64,000 nt of DNA from Myxococcales bacterium (GTDB lineage Bacteria; Myxococcota_A; Polyangia; Polyangiales; DASUME01), in the NCBI GenBank assembly GCA_047601445.1, contig JASGJH010000001.1:7072001-7136000 (forward strand). The letters are read 5' to 3'. How positions within the stretch are numbered: the stretch's first letter is position 1; each line of letters opens with the position of its first letter. Under the pieces are notes generated by a model that was not told the DNA's origin, searched no databases, and worked only from the letters and a program-made list of their open reading frames with translations. Positions 47,846 to 57,796 of this stretch are shown piece after piece. The translations under genes were made by a program, and so were the position numbers.

Positions 47846-48424
47846 CTAGTGCTGCAGCACTTGGACGCTCACACCGACGCCCTTGAGGTGCTGCTCGAGC
47901 TTGGTGCGTGCACGATGCAAGATCACGCGCAGGTGGCCACGGGTGATCTGCATGTGCTCGGCGGCCTCGTCACGGTCCCAGTCGTCCACGTCGCACAGCA
48001 TGATGGCGGTGCGCTCCTGCTCCCGCAGCTCCGAAAGCCCCGTGGTCACGTAGGACGCCGCCTCCCGAAGGTCGAGCTCGTCCAGCTGGTCGTGGTCTTC
48101 CATGACCGGCTCGCCGAACAAAGGTTCGACACGGCTCTGAGCGTGGTAACGGTCGAAGATGCGCCGCCGCAGGATACCCGTGAGCCAGGTCCGCAAGCTC
48201 GAGCGTCCCTCGAAGGTGTGCGCGCTCTTGAGGGCGCTCACCCACGTCTCCTGGACCGCGTCCTCGGCGTCCTCGAGCCGAAACAGCGCGCGCTGCGCGA
48301 ACGCCAGGAGGGCCGGCGTGTGCAGGGCGATGATCTCGGAGGTAATGAGGAGGCCGGGTACGGCTTGCGACCCCTCCAAGGCAGGGGCCAGGCTCGGGAT
48401 CTGCGGGTCGACTTGCATGGTCAT
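47846..48424 (-). CDS. ECF sigma-70 factor
   Basis: AEDAVQETW, FEGRSSLRTWLTGI, LRVILHRARTKL. Confidence 0.92.
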   Translation of the reverse strand: MTMQVDPQIPSLAPALEGSQAVPGLLITSEIIALHTPALLAFAQRALFRLEDAEDAVQETWVSALKSAHTFEGRSSLRTWLTGILRRRIFDRYHAQSRVEPLFGEPVMEDHDQLDELDLREAASYVTTGLSELREQERTAIMLCDVDDWDRDEAAEHMQITRGHLRVILHRARTKLEQHLKGVGVSVQVLQH

Positions 48425-48452
48425 GGGGAGCCACCTAAATCCGCTCGATTGA

Positions 48453-48473
48453 TTTGCTTAGCTTCTAAGATAA
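48453..48473. promoter_or_regulatory. Palindromic operator, probably for the divergent MarR protein
   Basis: TTTGCTTAG-CTT-CTAAGATAA in an AT-rich divergent promoter region. Confidence 0.55.
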
Positions 48474-48602
48474 TATTCTTTATACGTCAACATTGCGTTG
48501 AGAGTATGGTCCGTTCGTGAAATAGTGTTGAGCGCGGATGTTTCCCAAATTGTCTCGTGAATTTGACTGGTTAGTACGGAGGCTGTGGTGTCGGAACGAC
48601 GT

Positions 48603-49712
48603 ATGACCGAGGAGGAGCTCGCGACCCAGATCAAGGTTGGCGAGAACGTCGGGCGCGAAATGGCGACCCGATCTCTTCAGTTTCAGGAGGCCATTGCCGC
48701 CCGCCTGGGAATCACCCTGAGCGACCACCGGTGTCTCGAGCTGGTCGACCGTTTCTCCCAGGAGGGGCCCGTCACGGCCGGCAAGCTCTCGGAGCTCACG
48801 GGCCTCACCACCGGCGCCATCACCGGCGTCGTCGATCGCTTGGAGCGCGCAGGCTACGTGCGCCGCGAGAAGGGCGCCGAAGACCGCCGGCAAGTGAACA
48901 TCAAGCAAGTGCCGGAGCGCGCGGAGGCCATCGACGAGCTGTTCCAGCCGCTACATGAGTCTTTCAAGGAGCTGTGCGCCGAGCACTCGGTGAAGGAGCT
49001 CGAGATCGTGTGGGCCTTCATGCGGCGTAGCGCCGAGATGTATCGCCAGGGCACGGAGTTGCTACGCGGCCAGGAGGGCCTGGGCGACGCCGCACCGCAG
49101 GGCTTCGAAGAACTCTCGGCCGCGCTAGGGTTGACCCGCGAAGGGCGCTTCGAGCTCACTCGCGGGGCGTCGAACTTCACGCTCGGCGCCATGCGCAACA
49201 CCTTGCTCTATCGGGCCCGCTTCGAGGGCCCCGCGCCGCGCGTGCGCGCCGAGAGCGGTCAGGTGTTCCTGGAGTACAACCACTCGGCGCTGCGCATGTT
49301 CAGCCTGCGCAAGCACACGCTGCAGGTGGACCTCAACGACAAGATCCCCTGGGAGATGGTGTTTCGTGGCGGCGCCAGCAAGGTGGTCGCGAACATGCAG
49401 GAGCTGCGTCTCAAGAGCTTCGAGCTGCGCGGTGGCGCGAGCCAGGTGACCCTCCAGCTGCCCACGCCCTCGGGCACCGTGCCGGTGCGCATCACGGGCG
49501 GCTCGAGTCAGCTCAAGTTGCTCCGCCCCAAGAACACACCCATGAAGGTCCTGGTCTCGGGCGGCGTCAGCAACCTCAGCATCGACAAGCTCGAGCTCGG
49601 GGCCGTGGGAGGCACCACGCGCTGGGAATCGCCTGACTACGATGCCGCAAGCGATCGCTACGAGGTGCAGATCACCGGCGGCGCGAGCCATCTCTCGCTG
49701 CTGCAGGAGTGA
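48603..49712 (+). CDS. MarR-family regulator fused to a C-terminal beta-repeat domain
   Basis: TAGKLSELTGLTTGAITGVVDRLERAGYVRR..DRR; C-terminus with recurring GGAS/GGSS/GGVS strands. Start 48585 or 48603. Confidence 0.88.
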   Translation: MTEEELATQIKVGENVGREMATRSLQFQEAIAARLGITLSDHRCLELVDRFSQEGPVTAGKLSELTGLTTGAITGVVDRLERAGYVRREKGAEDRRQVNIKQVPERAEAIDELFQPLHESFKELCAEHSVKELEIVWAFMRRSAEMYRQGTELLRGQEGLGDAAPQGFEELSAALGLTREGRFELTRGASNFTLGAMRNTLLYRARFEGPAPRVRAESGQVFLEYNHSALRMFSLRKHTLQVDLNDKIPWEMVFRGGASKVVANMQELRLKSFELRGGASQVTLQLPTPSGTVPVRITGGSSQLKLLRPKNTPMKVLVSGGVSNLSIDKLELGAVGGTTRWESPDYDAASDRYEVQITGGASHLSLLQE

Positions 49713-50215
49713 ACGTGGTCAACAAAGCTCGGCTCAAGACCTACGCCCTGCAGGGCCTCTTGTTCATCGGGCTGCTCTACGCGGTGCACCTGTACAAGAC
49801 CCGCAACCACACGGGCGAAACCGCTCCGATGGTGCTGGGCCACCTGCTCGACGGCGGCTCGGCGCAGCTCGGCGGACAGCACGAGGGGCCCGTGCTCCTG
49901 CATTTCTGGGCCACTTGGTGCGGGGTGTGCTCCCTGGAGGAAGGCTCCATCGAAGCGCTGTCACGCGACGTCCGCGTGATCTCCGTGGCCTCACGCTCGG
50001 GCTCCGACCAGGACGTTCGCAAGCACATGCGGTCGCGTGGTCTCACCTTTCCGGTGATCAATGATCCGAGCGGTGCCATCGCTCGCGCCTACGGCGTGCG
50101 GGAGTACCCGAGCAGCTTCTTCGTGACCCGCCAGGGAAGCGTGGCCACGAGCGAGGTTGGCTACACCACGAGCTTGGGGCTGCGCCTGCGGCTCTGGTAC
50201 GCCGGCTTCTGGTGA
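49709..50215 (+). CDS. Membrane-anchored thioredoxin-like (TlpA/ScsD-like) protein
   Basis: N-terminal TM; HFWATWCGVC; YP cis-Pro loop; overlaps the MarR stop. Confidence 0.9.
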   Translation: MNVVNKARLKTYALQGLLFIGLLYAVHLYKTRNHTGETAPMVLGHLLDGGSAQLGGQHEGPVLLHFWATWCGVCSLEEGSIEALSRDVRVISVASRSGSDQDVRKHMRSRGLTFPVINDPSGAIARAYGVREYPSSFFVTRQGSVATSEVGYTTSLGLRLRLWYAGFW

Positions 50216-50364
50216 CGCGCAGCGCGTGACCCGTGCGTGAGGGGCGTGCGCTCTGCCGCGCCTGCGCGTCGGGTCCAGGCGGATTTTCTCTTGAGCTTCG
50301 AGGACACCGGGACCGGGGAGCAGCGCCTGGCTCAACGGTGCCGGCTCGGGCTAATCTCGCGGCC

Positions 50365-51435
50365 ATGGAAGGCAGGACCATTCGGCGTGCGCTCTGGATC
50401 GGTTGCGTGATCGCCGGCTGTCACGCGGACGATCTCCGCGGGGGCGGGCTGGCCGAGCAGCAGCCCGAGGGCGAATCCATGGACGCCTCGCGGAACGAAG
50501 CGACGCCCTCGGACGCGGGGGACGATGTGGATGGTGACGGCGATGCCGAGGTCTCCAGGCTCGATGCGGCCGTGCCGGACGCCGATACCGGGGCTCCGGG
50601 ACTCGACGCGGCCCAGCTGGACGCTGACACCGATCCTCTGCGTGACGCGGGTGCGGACGGAGCCACGCCCGTGGCGGACGGAGCCACGCCCACGGCTGAC
50701 GCTGGACCGCGCGACGCTGGACCGCGCGACGCGGGAACTGGAGATGCAGGAGCGGATGGCGCCACGCCTGGTGCCGACGCCGGAACGCACGACGCGAGCA
50801 CGGGAGACGCCGCAGTCGGTTGCGTCGTGGGGAGTGTCCCGGGGCCGGTCGATGTGGTGTTGGCTCTCGATACCTCGGGCAGCATGGCAACCCAGGCCTG
50901 TCAGTTCACGAAGGGCAGCGCGGACTTCGAGGACTCCCTTCCGACCAACGTGCACGTGACGGCGCTCTACTCCTTGACGACATCCTCGGCGCTCGGACCA
51001 CTGATACCGTTGCTCTGCGGAACGAGCGATCCCATGGCCGACGCCGCGCTCGCCAAAGACACTCAGCGCTATCTGCACGTGGATACCCTGGTCGATAGCA
51101 ACGACTTCTTTCAGGTCGCCCTCACGCACTACGACGACTTCAAGGCTCACCTGCGTCCTGGTGCGCCCACCCATTTCGTGGTGGTCACGGACGACAACAT
51201 CAAGGGCATGACCGCCGCGAGCTTCAAGCAGCAAATGGAGGCCAAGCTCGGGCACGCCTTCACCTATCACGCGCTCGCCAGCGGCAACTCGTGTGGCACC
51301 GCACCCAGCACCGAGCACTACGCGTTGGCCGACCTCACGGGAGGCCAGAAGGTCGTGACCTGCGAAGCCGGCTTCAGCTACGGGGCTGGCTTCGAACCGG
51401 TCCGCGCGGCCATCGAAGCGAGCGCCTGCCACTAG
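50365..51435 (+). CDS. vWA-domain lipoprotein with DAG-rich linker
   Basis: Lipobox VIAGC; DAG repeats; MIDAS DTSGS and VVVTDD. Confidence 0.85.
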   Translation: MEGRTIRRALWIGCVIAGCHADDLRGGGLAEQQPEGESMDASRNEATPSDAGDDVDGDGDAEVSRLDAAVPDADTGAPGLDAAQLDADTDPLRDAGADGATPVADGATPTADAGPRDAGPRDAGTGDAGADGATPGADAGTHDASTGDAAVGCVVGSVPGPVDVVLALDTSGSMATQACQFTKGSADFEDSLPTNVHVTALYSLTTSSALGPLIPLLCGTSDPMADAALAKDTQRYLHVDTLVDSNDFFQVALTHYDDFKAHLRPGAPTHFVVVTDDNIKGMTAASFKQQMEAKLGHAFTYHALASGNSCGTAPSTEHYALADLTGGQKVVTCEAGFSYGAGFEPVRAAIEASACH

Positions 51436-51623
51436 TCCGTGGCGCAAGGGCAAGGGAAGCGGCCCGGTGCACGCGAGCTGGCGGCAGCCGAGCTCCACCT
51501 TGCGTGAGGATGCTTGCTCCGGCCCGGGGTGAAGGCCGGGCATCCGTGGAGCGAATGCTCGAGCAAGGCTGCAAACTAGCTCCCAGTCGTCTGCGTAGTC
51601 TCACCGCGGTTCCGAAGGCGCAG

Positions 51624-54455
51624 CTAGGTCTTGGGTCGCAACGAGCGCGCTCCGTTCAGCTCCAGCATGAGCCTCACGAGGGCGCCCAGGTCCACGGGCT
51701 TCACCAGATGCCGGTCGAAGCCCGCCTCGCGCGCCCTGTTTAGCGAGCGCTCGTCGCCGTAGCCGGTGAGCGCCACGAGCTTGAGGCCAGGTGCCTTGGG
51801 GTGTGCGCGGACTCGGCGCGCGAGCTCGTAGCCGTCCATCTGCGGGAGGCCGATGTCGAGCAGGGCCAGGTCTGGGACGAACTCCTCGAGCTTCGCGAGC
51901 GCAGCGTGGCCGTCGTGGGCGATTTCCACGCGGTGGCCGAGGTGAGAGAGGGCCGCTGCCAGCGTGCTGGCTGCATCGTTGTTGTCGTCGACGATCAAGA
52001 TCTGGTGTTGCTTCTCGGAATGCGGTGGCGCCGAGGAGGTTCGCACCGCCTGTGCGCTTTGATCGGCAGCCAGCGGCAGCATGACGATGAACGTGCTGCC
52101 CTTGCCTTGCCCCGCGCTCTGCGCCTCCACGCTGCCTCCATGCAGCGTCACCAGCGACCTCACGATGGCCAGCCCGAGTCCGAGCCCACCGTCGGCTCGG
52201 TCCAGGTTCTGCTGCTCCTGGACGAACAGATCGAAGACGAAGGGCATGATCTCCGCGCGCAGCCCCACGCCGTTGTCGCGCACCCACACATGGGCCTGTC
52301 CGTCGACGACCTTGCCCCCGATCTCGATGTCGCCCCCCGCCGGGGTGTACTTGGCGGCGTTGTTCAGCAAGTTGGCGAACACCTGACGTAGCCGCGTGGA
52401 ATCGCCCTCCACCTGCAGCGTCCCCGAGAAGGCGAACGTCAGGCGGTGATCGCGTTGTTCGATCAGTGGCATCGCGGACTCGATGGCGGTGGACATGCAG
52501 CTCATGAGGTCCACGCGCTCCCGCTCGAGCGAGATCTTGCCGCGGGTGATCCGCGACACATCGAGCAAGTCGTCCACCAGACGCATCATGTGGCGCACGT
52601 GACGCTCGATCACGCCGCGCTCCTTCTCGTTGGCGGTCGGGTTGCGCAGCTTCATCAACTGGACCGCGGTCAAGATGGGCGCCAGAGGGTTGCGTAGCTC
52701 GTGGCCGAGCAGTGCGAGGAAGGCGTCCTTGGCGCGGCTCGCCGCCTCGGCTCGCCGCCGTGCCTCGACGATGGCGGTCACCTCCACCCCGAACGAGACG
52801 ACCGAGTCGACGGCGCCGTTCATGTCGTGCATGGGCTGGTAGGTGAGGTTGAAGAAACGCTGCACCGGGTTGCCCTCGGCGTCCTCGAACACCAAGGGCG
52901 CCTCTTCGCGGTTCTCGCTTTGGCCGGTCCGGTAAACCTGCTCCAGGAGGTCGATGTAGCCTTGTTGTACGAGCATCGGCAGCTGCCGAGCGCCCTTTCC
53001 CAGCAGGTTGTCCACGCCGAATAGTTCGCGATAGGCCGGGTTGGTCAGCGTGTACACGAGGTCGGGGCCGCTGCGGACACTGATCGCGGCCGGCGCCGCC
53101 AGCAGCACCTTCTGAAGCCGCTCGCGCTCCGCTTTCAAGGCCTGCTCGGTGCGGCGTTGCTCCGTGATGTCGAGCACGAGCACCGCCACGCCTCGGATGT
53201 TCCCTGCGTCGTCGCGGTCCGGCACATAGTGCGGCTGCAGGCGGTGCACGCTTCCGTCGGCCGTTTTGAAGTCACGCTCGTAGCACGACGCCTCGCCGGC
53301 GAGCGCCCGCTCCAGGTACGGACGCGCCCGCGCGAAGGTTCGTTCGCCCTGCAGCTCACGCATGTGCTTGCCGATGACCGTGGTCGGATCCACGCCAAAC
53401 CAACGCTGGTAGGCGCGATTGACGAAGCGATACCGCAGGTCGGTGTCCACGTAGCCGACCATGGCGGGGATGATGTCGGTGATCACACGTAGGTGGCGCT
53501 CCTGGTCGGCCAGGCGCTCCGTGAGCGAATCCGCGCGCGCCCGCGTCTCGATCTGCTCGCTGATATCCTCCTGCACGCAGAGCCAGTGTGGACGCCCGCC
53601 GCGCTGCAGCGCGAGCAGCTGGACCTGCGTGTGGAAGCGCGAGCCGTCTTTGCGCACGTTGCGCCACTGACCGCTCCAGACCCCACGAGCGCGCAGCTCC
53701 TCCGTCACGTGGGGCACGCGCCAGTCGTCTTCGGGGGCGCTCTTCGCGCGCGACGGCAGGCCGAGCATCTCGCCGCGCTCGTAGCCGAACATGAGCTCTT
53801 CGGCGGGGTTGGCGTAGATGATGGTTCCCTGATCGTCGGCCACGCTGACGCCCTTGCTCATGTGCTCGAGCAGCATGGCTTGCTCGCGCAGGGCCTCTTC
53901 CGCTGCGCGTTGAGTCGACATGTCGAAGACCACGCCCCGGACCCAGAGTGGGACCCCCTCCATGTCCCGGATGACGTAGCCACGCGCTGCGAGCCAGCGG
54001 ATGCTGCCGTCCGGTCGCACGCAGCGATAGTCCTGACATACCAGGTCGGCGTCTCCGGCGAGCGCAGCACGCAGGTTGCTGACGGCGCTCGTGCGGTCCT
54101 CCGGATGGACCATGGCGAGCCAGCTCTCGTAGCTGGGCTCGACCGTGCCCTCGGAGATCCCGAAGATCCGTTGGATGGTCGATGACCAAGTGCCCTCGTT
54201 CGTGCGCACGTTCCACTCCCACGTGCCCACGTTGGAGTGCTCGAGCGTATCGATGAGGCGTGCCTCGTTCTCGCGCTCCGCGCGCAGCTGTCGCTCACGC
54301 AAGGTCAGCGCGGCGCGCAACTCGGCGATCTCGGAGTACGCTCTCGAGAGCTCGTCCGCCAGTGCGACTGGTTCCGCTGCGAGATCGGGCAAGCCCGGCG
54401 ATTGTCGCGTGGCCACTGCACCCCCACAACGCAAATAGCACAAGGCATTGCGCAA
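51624..54455 (-). CDS. Hybrid histidine kinase with four PAS domains and a receiver domain
   Basis: PAS repeats, LGHELRNPL, NLLNNAAKY, DNGVG, GGLGLGL, receiver DIGLP..KP; true start probably slightly downstream. Confidence 0.93.
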   Translation of the reverse strand: MRNALCYLRCGGAVATRQSPGLPDLAAEPVALADELSRAYSEIAELRAALTLRERQLRAERENEARLIDTLEHSNVGTWEWNVRTNEGTWSSTIQRIFGISEGTVEPSYESWLAMVHPEDRTSAVSNLRAALAGDADLVCQDYRCVRPDGSIRWLAARGYVIRDMEGVPLWVRGVVFDMSTQRAAEEALREQAMLLEHMSKGVSVADDQGTIIYANPAEELMFGYERGEMLGLPSRAKSAPEDDWRVPHVTEELRARGVWSGQWRNVRKDGSRFHTQVQLLALQRGGRPHWLCVQEDISEQIETRARADSLTERLADQERHLRVITDIIPAMVGYVDTDLRYRFVNRAYQRWFGVDPTTVIGKHMRELQGERTFARARPYLERALAGEASCYERDFKTADGSVHRLQPHYVPDRDDAGNIRGVAVLVLDITEQRRTEQALKAERERLQKVLLAAPAAISVRSGPDLVYTLTNPAYRELFGVDNLLGKGARQLPMLVQQGYIDLLEQVYRTGQSENREEAPLVFEDAEGNPVQRFFNLTYQPMHDMNGAVDSVVSFGVEVTAIVEARRRAEAASRAKDAFLALLGHELRNPLAPILTAVQLMKLRNPTANEKERGVIERHVRHMMRLVDDLLDVSRITRGKISLERERVDLMSCMSTAIESAMPLIEQRDHRLTFAFSGTLQVEGDSTRLRQVFANLLNNAAKYTPAGGDIEIGGKVVDGQAHVWVRDNGVGLRAEIMPFVFDLFVQEQQNLDRADGGLGLGLAIVRSLVTLHGGSVEAQSAGQGKGSTFIVMLPLAADQSAQAVRTSSAPPHSEKQHQILIVDDNNDAASTLAAALSHLGHRVEIAHDGHAALAKLEEFVPDLALLDIGLPQMDGYELARRVRAHPKAPGLKLVALTGYGDERSLNRAREAGFDRHLVKPVDLGALVRLMLELNGARSLRPKT

Positions 54456-54614
54456 AACGCATTTCGTGCGCGCGTCGTCCTGGCCTGGGAGTGTCGGACA
54501 CTCCTTCTAAGTTGAGGGCTGCTCGAGGCGCGCGTTCGATGCCCCGAAAGCGGCTCAAAGATCCCACGTTTTTGGCCGAAAACCGGCGGTCGTGAGCTTC
54601 GTGTCCGCGCGCCC

Positions 54615-55532
54615 TCAGCGCGCTTGCGGCGGCTCGCTGGGCGAGTTCTCGCGACCTCGTCCGAAGACTCGAGAGCCCGGGGGGACCGATCGAATGATCC
54701 AGGCACTGCCGCCGATGACGCTGCCGGCTCCGATCACCGTGTCGCCGCCCAGGATGGTCGCGCCCGCGTAGATCGTGACATCGTCCTCCACGGTGGGGTG
54801 ACGCTTGATGCCGCCCGCTTCCTCTCGCACCGGGACGCTCAGGGCTCCGAGCGTCACGCCCTGGTAGAGCTTCACGTCGTTGCCGATCACGGAGGTCTCG
54901 CCGATCACCACGCCGCTCCCATGGTCGACGAAGAAGCGCTCGCCGATCTTGGCGCCCGGGTGGATGTCGATGCCGGTGCGCGCGTGGGCTCCTTCGCTGA
55001 TGATGCGCGGGATCATGGGCACGCCGGCCTGGTGGAAGAAGTGCGCCATGCGATACGACGTGATGGCCTGGATCGAGGGATAGCTGAACACCACCTCCTC
55101 GATGCTGCGGGCTGCCGGGTCGCCCGCGAAGGCGGCCTGCACGTCGAGGTTCAGCTTGCGGCGCAGATCGGGCAGGGCCTCGAACAGGGAGAGCACCACG
55201 GACTCTCCATCGGCGAGCGACGGCGGGGACTCCTGACGCCCGAGGCGCCGCTCGTACTGAAGAGCGCGCTCGATGTGATCCACCAGCAACTGATAGGCCG
55301 CGTACATGTGCTCCGAGACGCCGTGTCGGAGATTGTCGCGGTTGAGCGAGCGCTTGCTATAGAAGCCCATGAAGATGGTGTGCTCGAGGTGAAAGATGGC
55401 CTCCAGTACGGCGCGCTTGTTGGGCAGCGCCGCGCTCTCGAGGTTGTCGATCACCATGCCCTGGTCGTAGCTCTCGACGACCTTGGCGATGGCTGCTTCT
55501 AGCTCCCGATAGCGCTGTGGTTCGGATTGCAT
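54615..55532 (-). CDS. cysE: Serine O-acetyltransferase
   Basis: GDPAA, TGIDIHPGA, DHGSGVVIGET, YQGVTLGA, KRHPT. Confidence 0.93.
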   Translation of the reverse strand: MQSEPQRYRELEAAIAKVVESYDQGMVIDNLESAALPNKRAVLEAIFHLEHTIFMGFYSKRSLNRDNLRHGVSEHMYAAYQLLVDHIERALQYERRLGRQESPPSLADGESVVLSLFEALPDLRRKLNLDVQAAFAGDPAARSIEEVVFSYPSIQAITSYRMAHFFHQAGVPMIPRIISEGAHARTGIDIHPGAKIGERFFVDHGSGVVIGETSVIGNDVKLYQGVTLGALSVPVREEAGGIKRHPTVEDDVTIYAGATILGGDTVIGAGSVIGGSAWIIRSVPPGSRVFGRGRENSPSEPPQAR

Positions 55533-55665
55533 CGTCCACCAACGTAGCGCATCCGGGACACGGTGCTCGCACCCCTTCGGGCCGTCGAAGGTGGGGCCGG
55601 ATCCACTGCTTTTCCGGGCCTGGTCGGCCATTGAAAGTCGCGACGGGATTTGGAAAGCTTCGTCC

Positions 55666-56334
55666 ATGAAGCTCTTCGGATATTGGCGCAGCAGCGCCAC
55701 CTGGCGGGTACGCATCGCGCTGCACTACAAGCAGCTGCCCTTCGGAATCGTGCCCGTGCACCTCCTGCGCGGTGGCGGCGAGCAGCACTCCGAGGCGTTC
55801 CGTGCGCTCAACCCCATGCAGCACGTACCGGTGTTGGAGCTCGAGCACGCTGGCACCATGCGTCACGTCTCCGAGTCCTTGGCCATCATCGAACTGCTCG
55901 ACGAGCTCTATCCGACTCCGGCGCTCCTGCCGCAGGACCCGCTCGAGAGGGCGCGCGCGCGCCAGCTCGCGCTGCTCGTGGCGTCAGGAATTCAGCCTCT
56001 GCTGAACACCAAGATCCAGGCCCACTTGAAGCACCAACTGCACGTGGACGAGATGGCGTGGACGCGCCACTGGCTTGCGTCTGGATTGGCTGCGCTCGAG
56101 GCGTCCCTCGCCGCGCAGCCGGGGCGCTTTGCGGTGGGTGATGGCGTCAGCGTGGCCGACCTCTGTTTGGTGCCCCAGGTCTTCGGCGCGCGACGTTTTG
56201 GGGTCCCACTCGAGGCGTATCCGAATGTCCTACGCGTCGAGCGGGAGTGCCGCGACCTGGCCGCCTTTCAGAAGGCACTGCCGGAGCATCAACCGGACTT
56301 CGAGCCCGATAAGGGCACCGGCGCGCCCAAGTAG
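55666..56334 (+). CDS. maiA: Maleylacetoacetate isomerase (zeta-class GST)
   Basis: YWRSSATWRVRIAL, LNPMQHVP, GIQPL, ADLCLVPQ, PEHQPD. Confidence 0.92.
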   Translation: MKLFGYWRSSATWRVRIALHYKQLPFGIVPVHLLRGGGEQHSEAFRALNPMQHVPVLELEHAGTMRHVSESLAIIELLDELYPTPALLPQDPLERARARQLALLVASGIQPLLNTKIQAHLKHQLHVDEMAWTRHWLASGLAALEASLAAQPGRFAVGDGVSVADLCLVPQVFGARRFGVPLEAYPNVLRVERECRDLAAFQKALPEHQPDFEPDKGTGAPK

Positions 56335-56343
56335 GCAAGCCGG

Positions 56344-56359
56344 AGGCACACCGCTTGCA
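56344..56359 (+). promoter_or_regulatory. sigma54 promoter
   Basis: AGGCACA-CCGC-TTGCA, about 70 bp upstream of ATG 56431. Confidence 0.65.
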
Positions 56360-56430
56360 CGGTAGCTTGCGTTGAAGATGCGCGTGGAGTCGCGAAGCTC
56401 GCGTGTAATTTTTCAAGGCGGGAGAATGCC

Positions 56431-57009
56431 ATGCAGAATGCGGATATTGCGCTGCTTGCGCTGATAGGACTCACCTTCGTGGGTGTGCTGTTGGCTGTGG
56501 TGATTTCGCACGTCGCTGCCCGGCGTCGTGCCCGGCAGCCGAGGCCGAAGCTCGGTCCCGAGTACGCTCGCGTCGTCGCTCAATACAACCGTGAGGCGGG
56601 TGCGCGCCGCGCGCTCTTGGCCCGCGAGAGGCGCGTGAAGAAGCTGAACATTCACTTGCTTTCGCCCGACCAGTGCGAGCGCTTCGGCTCGGCCTGGCGC
56701 GCGGTTCAGCGCCGCTTTGCCCAGGATCCGCGGGGCGCGGTGGTGGAGGCCAACGGCCTGGTCAAGGACGTGATGCGAATGCGCGGGTACCCCATAGGGG
56801 ACTTCAAGCAACGCCTTGCGGACCTCCCTATCGAGCACGCCAGCGTCCTCAATCACTATCGTTCGGTGCGCATCCTCGCCCTGGCCAACGCCATTGGGAA
56901 GGCGGGCGCCGAGGACCTGCGGGACGCCATGCAGCACTATCAGGCTCTGTTCGCAGACCTCCTGCAGACACAGGGGCCGCAACCGGAGCTGAGCGTGGTC
57001 CGCACCTGA
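56431..57009 (+). CDS. Conserved single-TM hypothetical protein
   Basis: N-terminal TM; GPEY, WRAVQRRFAQDP, RGYP, EDLRDAMQHYQALF. Confidence 0.82.
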   Translation: MQNADIALLALIGLTFVGVLLAVVISHVAARRRARQPRPKLGPEYARVVAQYNREAGARRALLARERRVKKLNIHLLSPDQCERFGSAWRAVQRRFAQDPRGAVVEANGLVKDVMRMRGYPIGDFKQRLADLPIEHASVLNHYRSVRILALANAIGKAGAEDLRDAMQHYQALFADLLQTQGPQPELSVVRT

Positions 57010-57066
57010 GGCGCGTGTGGCAAAGCGCACCAAGCCCGTGGCACGCTGGTCCGACGGTCGGTCGCG

Positions 57067-57699
57067 TCAGTGCTTGCCGGTGACGCGTGCACGCAAACGG
57101 GAGAGCGTCTTGTAGGGCATCTCCTTGGCGATGCGATCGGCGAGCCAGCGCGGGATGCTGCCGCCCACGTCGGCCATGACCTGATAGGTAACGCGCGTAC
57201 GGTTGGGGGCCAGTGTCTCCAGCTTGTAGAAGCCGGACAGGTGCGGCATGCGCACCGTCTTGTGAGGCAGCGGGAAGCGCTTGGGATCCGTGTCATGGAA
57301 GGTCAGCGTGAGTAGCTTGCCATCTGCGCTCGGCGTGAAGATCGTGTCCAGTACCACGTCGCGGTCCCAGACTGGCCATGGGGCTCCCGTGCGGTTGTAG
57401 ACGATGGCGTGATCCGGACTCATGCGCTCGATCATCTTGGCGTCGACGCAGTTTTGCATCCACTGCGGGTGCTTGGAGACTTGCTCGATGACGGTGCGAA
57501 TGTCGGCCGCGGACGCGTCCATGACCGTCTGTCCGCGGAAGCCCGGCAAATCCTGGCCAGGTCGCTCCATTTTCCAAGTGCGGATCCCATCGTCGTTGTC
57601 GATCTGGGTCCACGGTCCTTCGGGGTCCGCTGCCAAGCCCAGCGTCGAGGCCGATGCGAGCAGCAGTACACTCAATGCGAAGACCAGACGTCGCTTCAT
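57067..57699 (-). CDS. Secreted START-domain lipid-binding protein
   Basis: Signal peptide; APWPVWDRD, DVGGSIPRWL. Confidence 0.88.
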   Translation of the reverse strand: MKRRLVFALSVLLLASASTLGLAADPEGPWTQIDNDDGIRTWKMERPGQDLPGFRGQTVMDASAADIRTVIEQVSKHPQWMQNCVDAKMIERMSPDHAIVYNRTGAPWPVWDRDVVLDTIFTPSADGKLLTLTFHDTDPKRFPLPHKTVRMPHLSGFYKLETLAPNRTRVTYQVMADVGGSIPRWLADRIAKEMPYKTLSRLRARVTGKH

Positions 57700-57796
57700 G
57701 TGGGCAATCTGTGCCCGATTTGGGGCCTGCTCAAGCGAAAGCCGTCGCAAGCCCGAGCGATTTCGTGCGCGGGACGCAGAAAGGCCGCCTGGGAGC

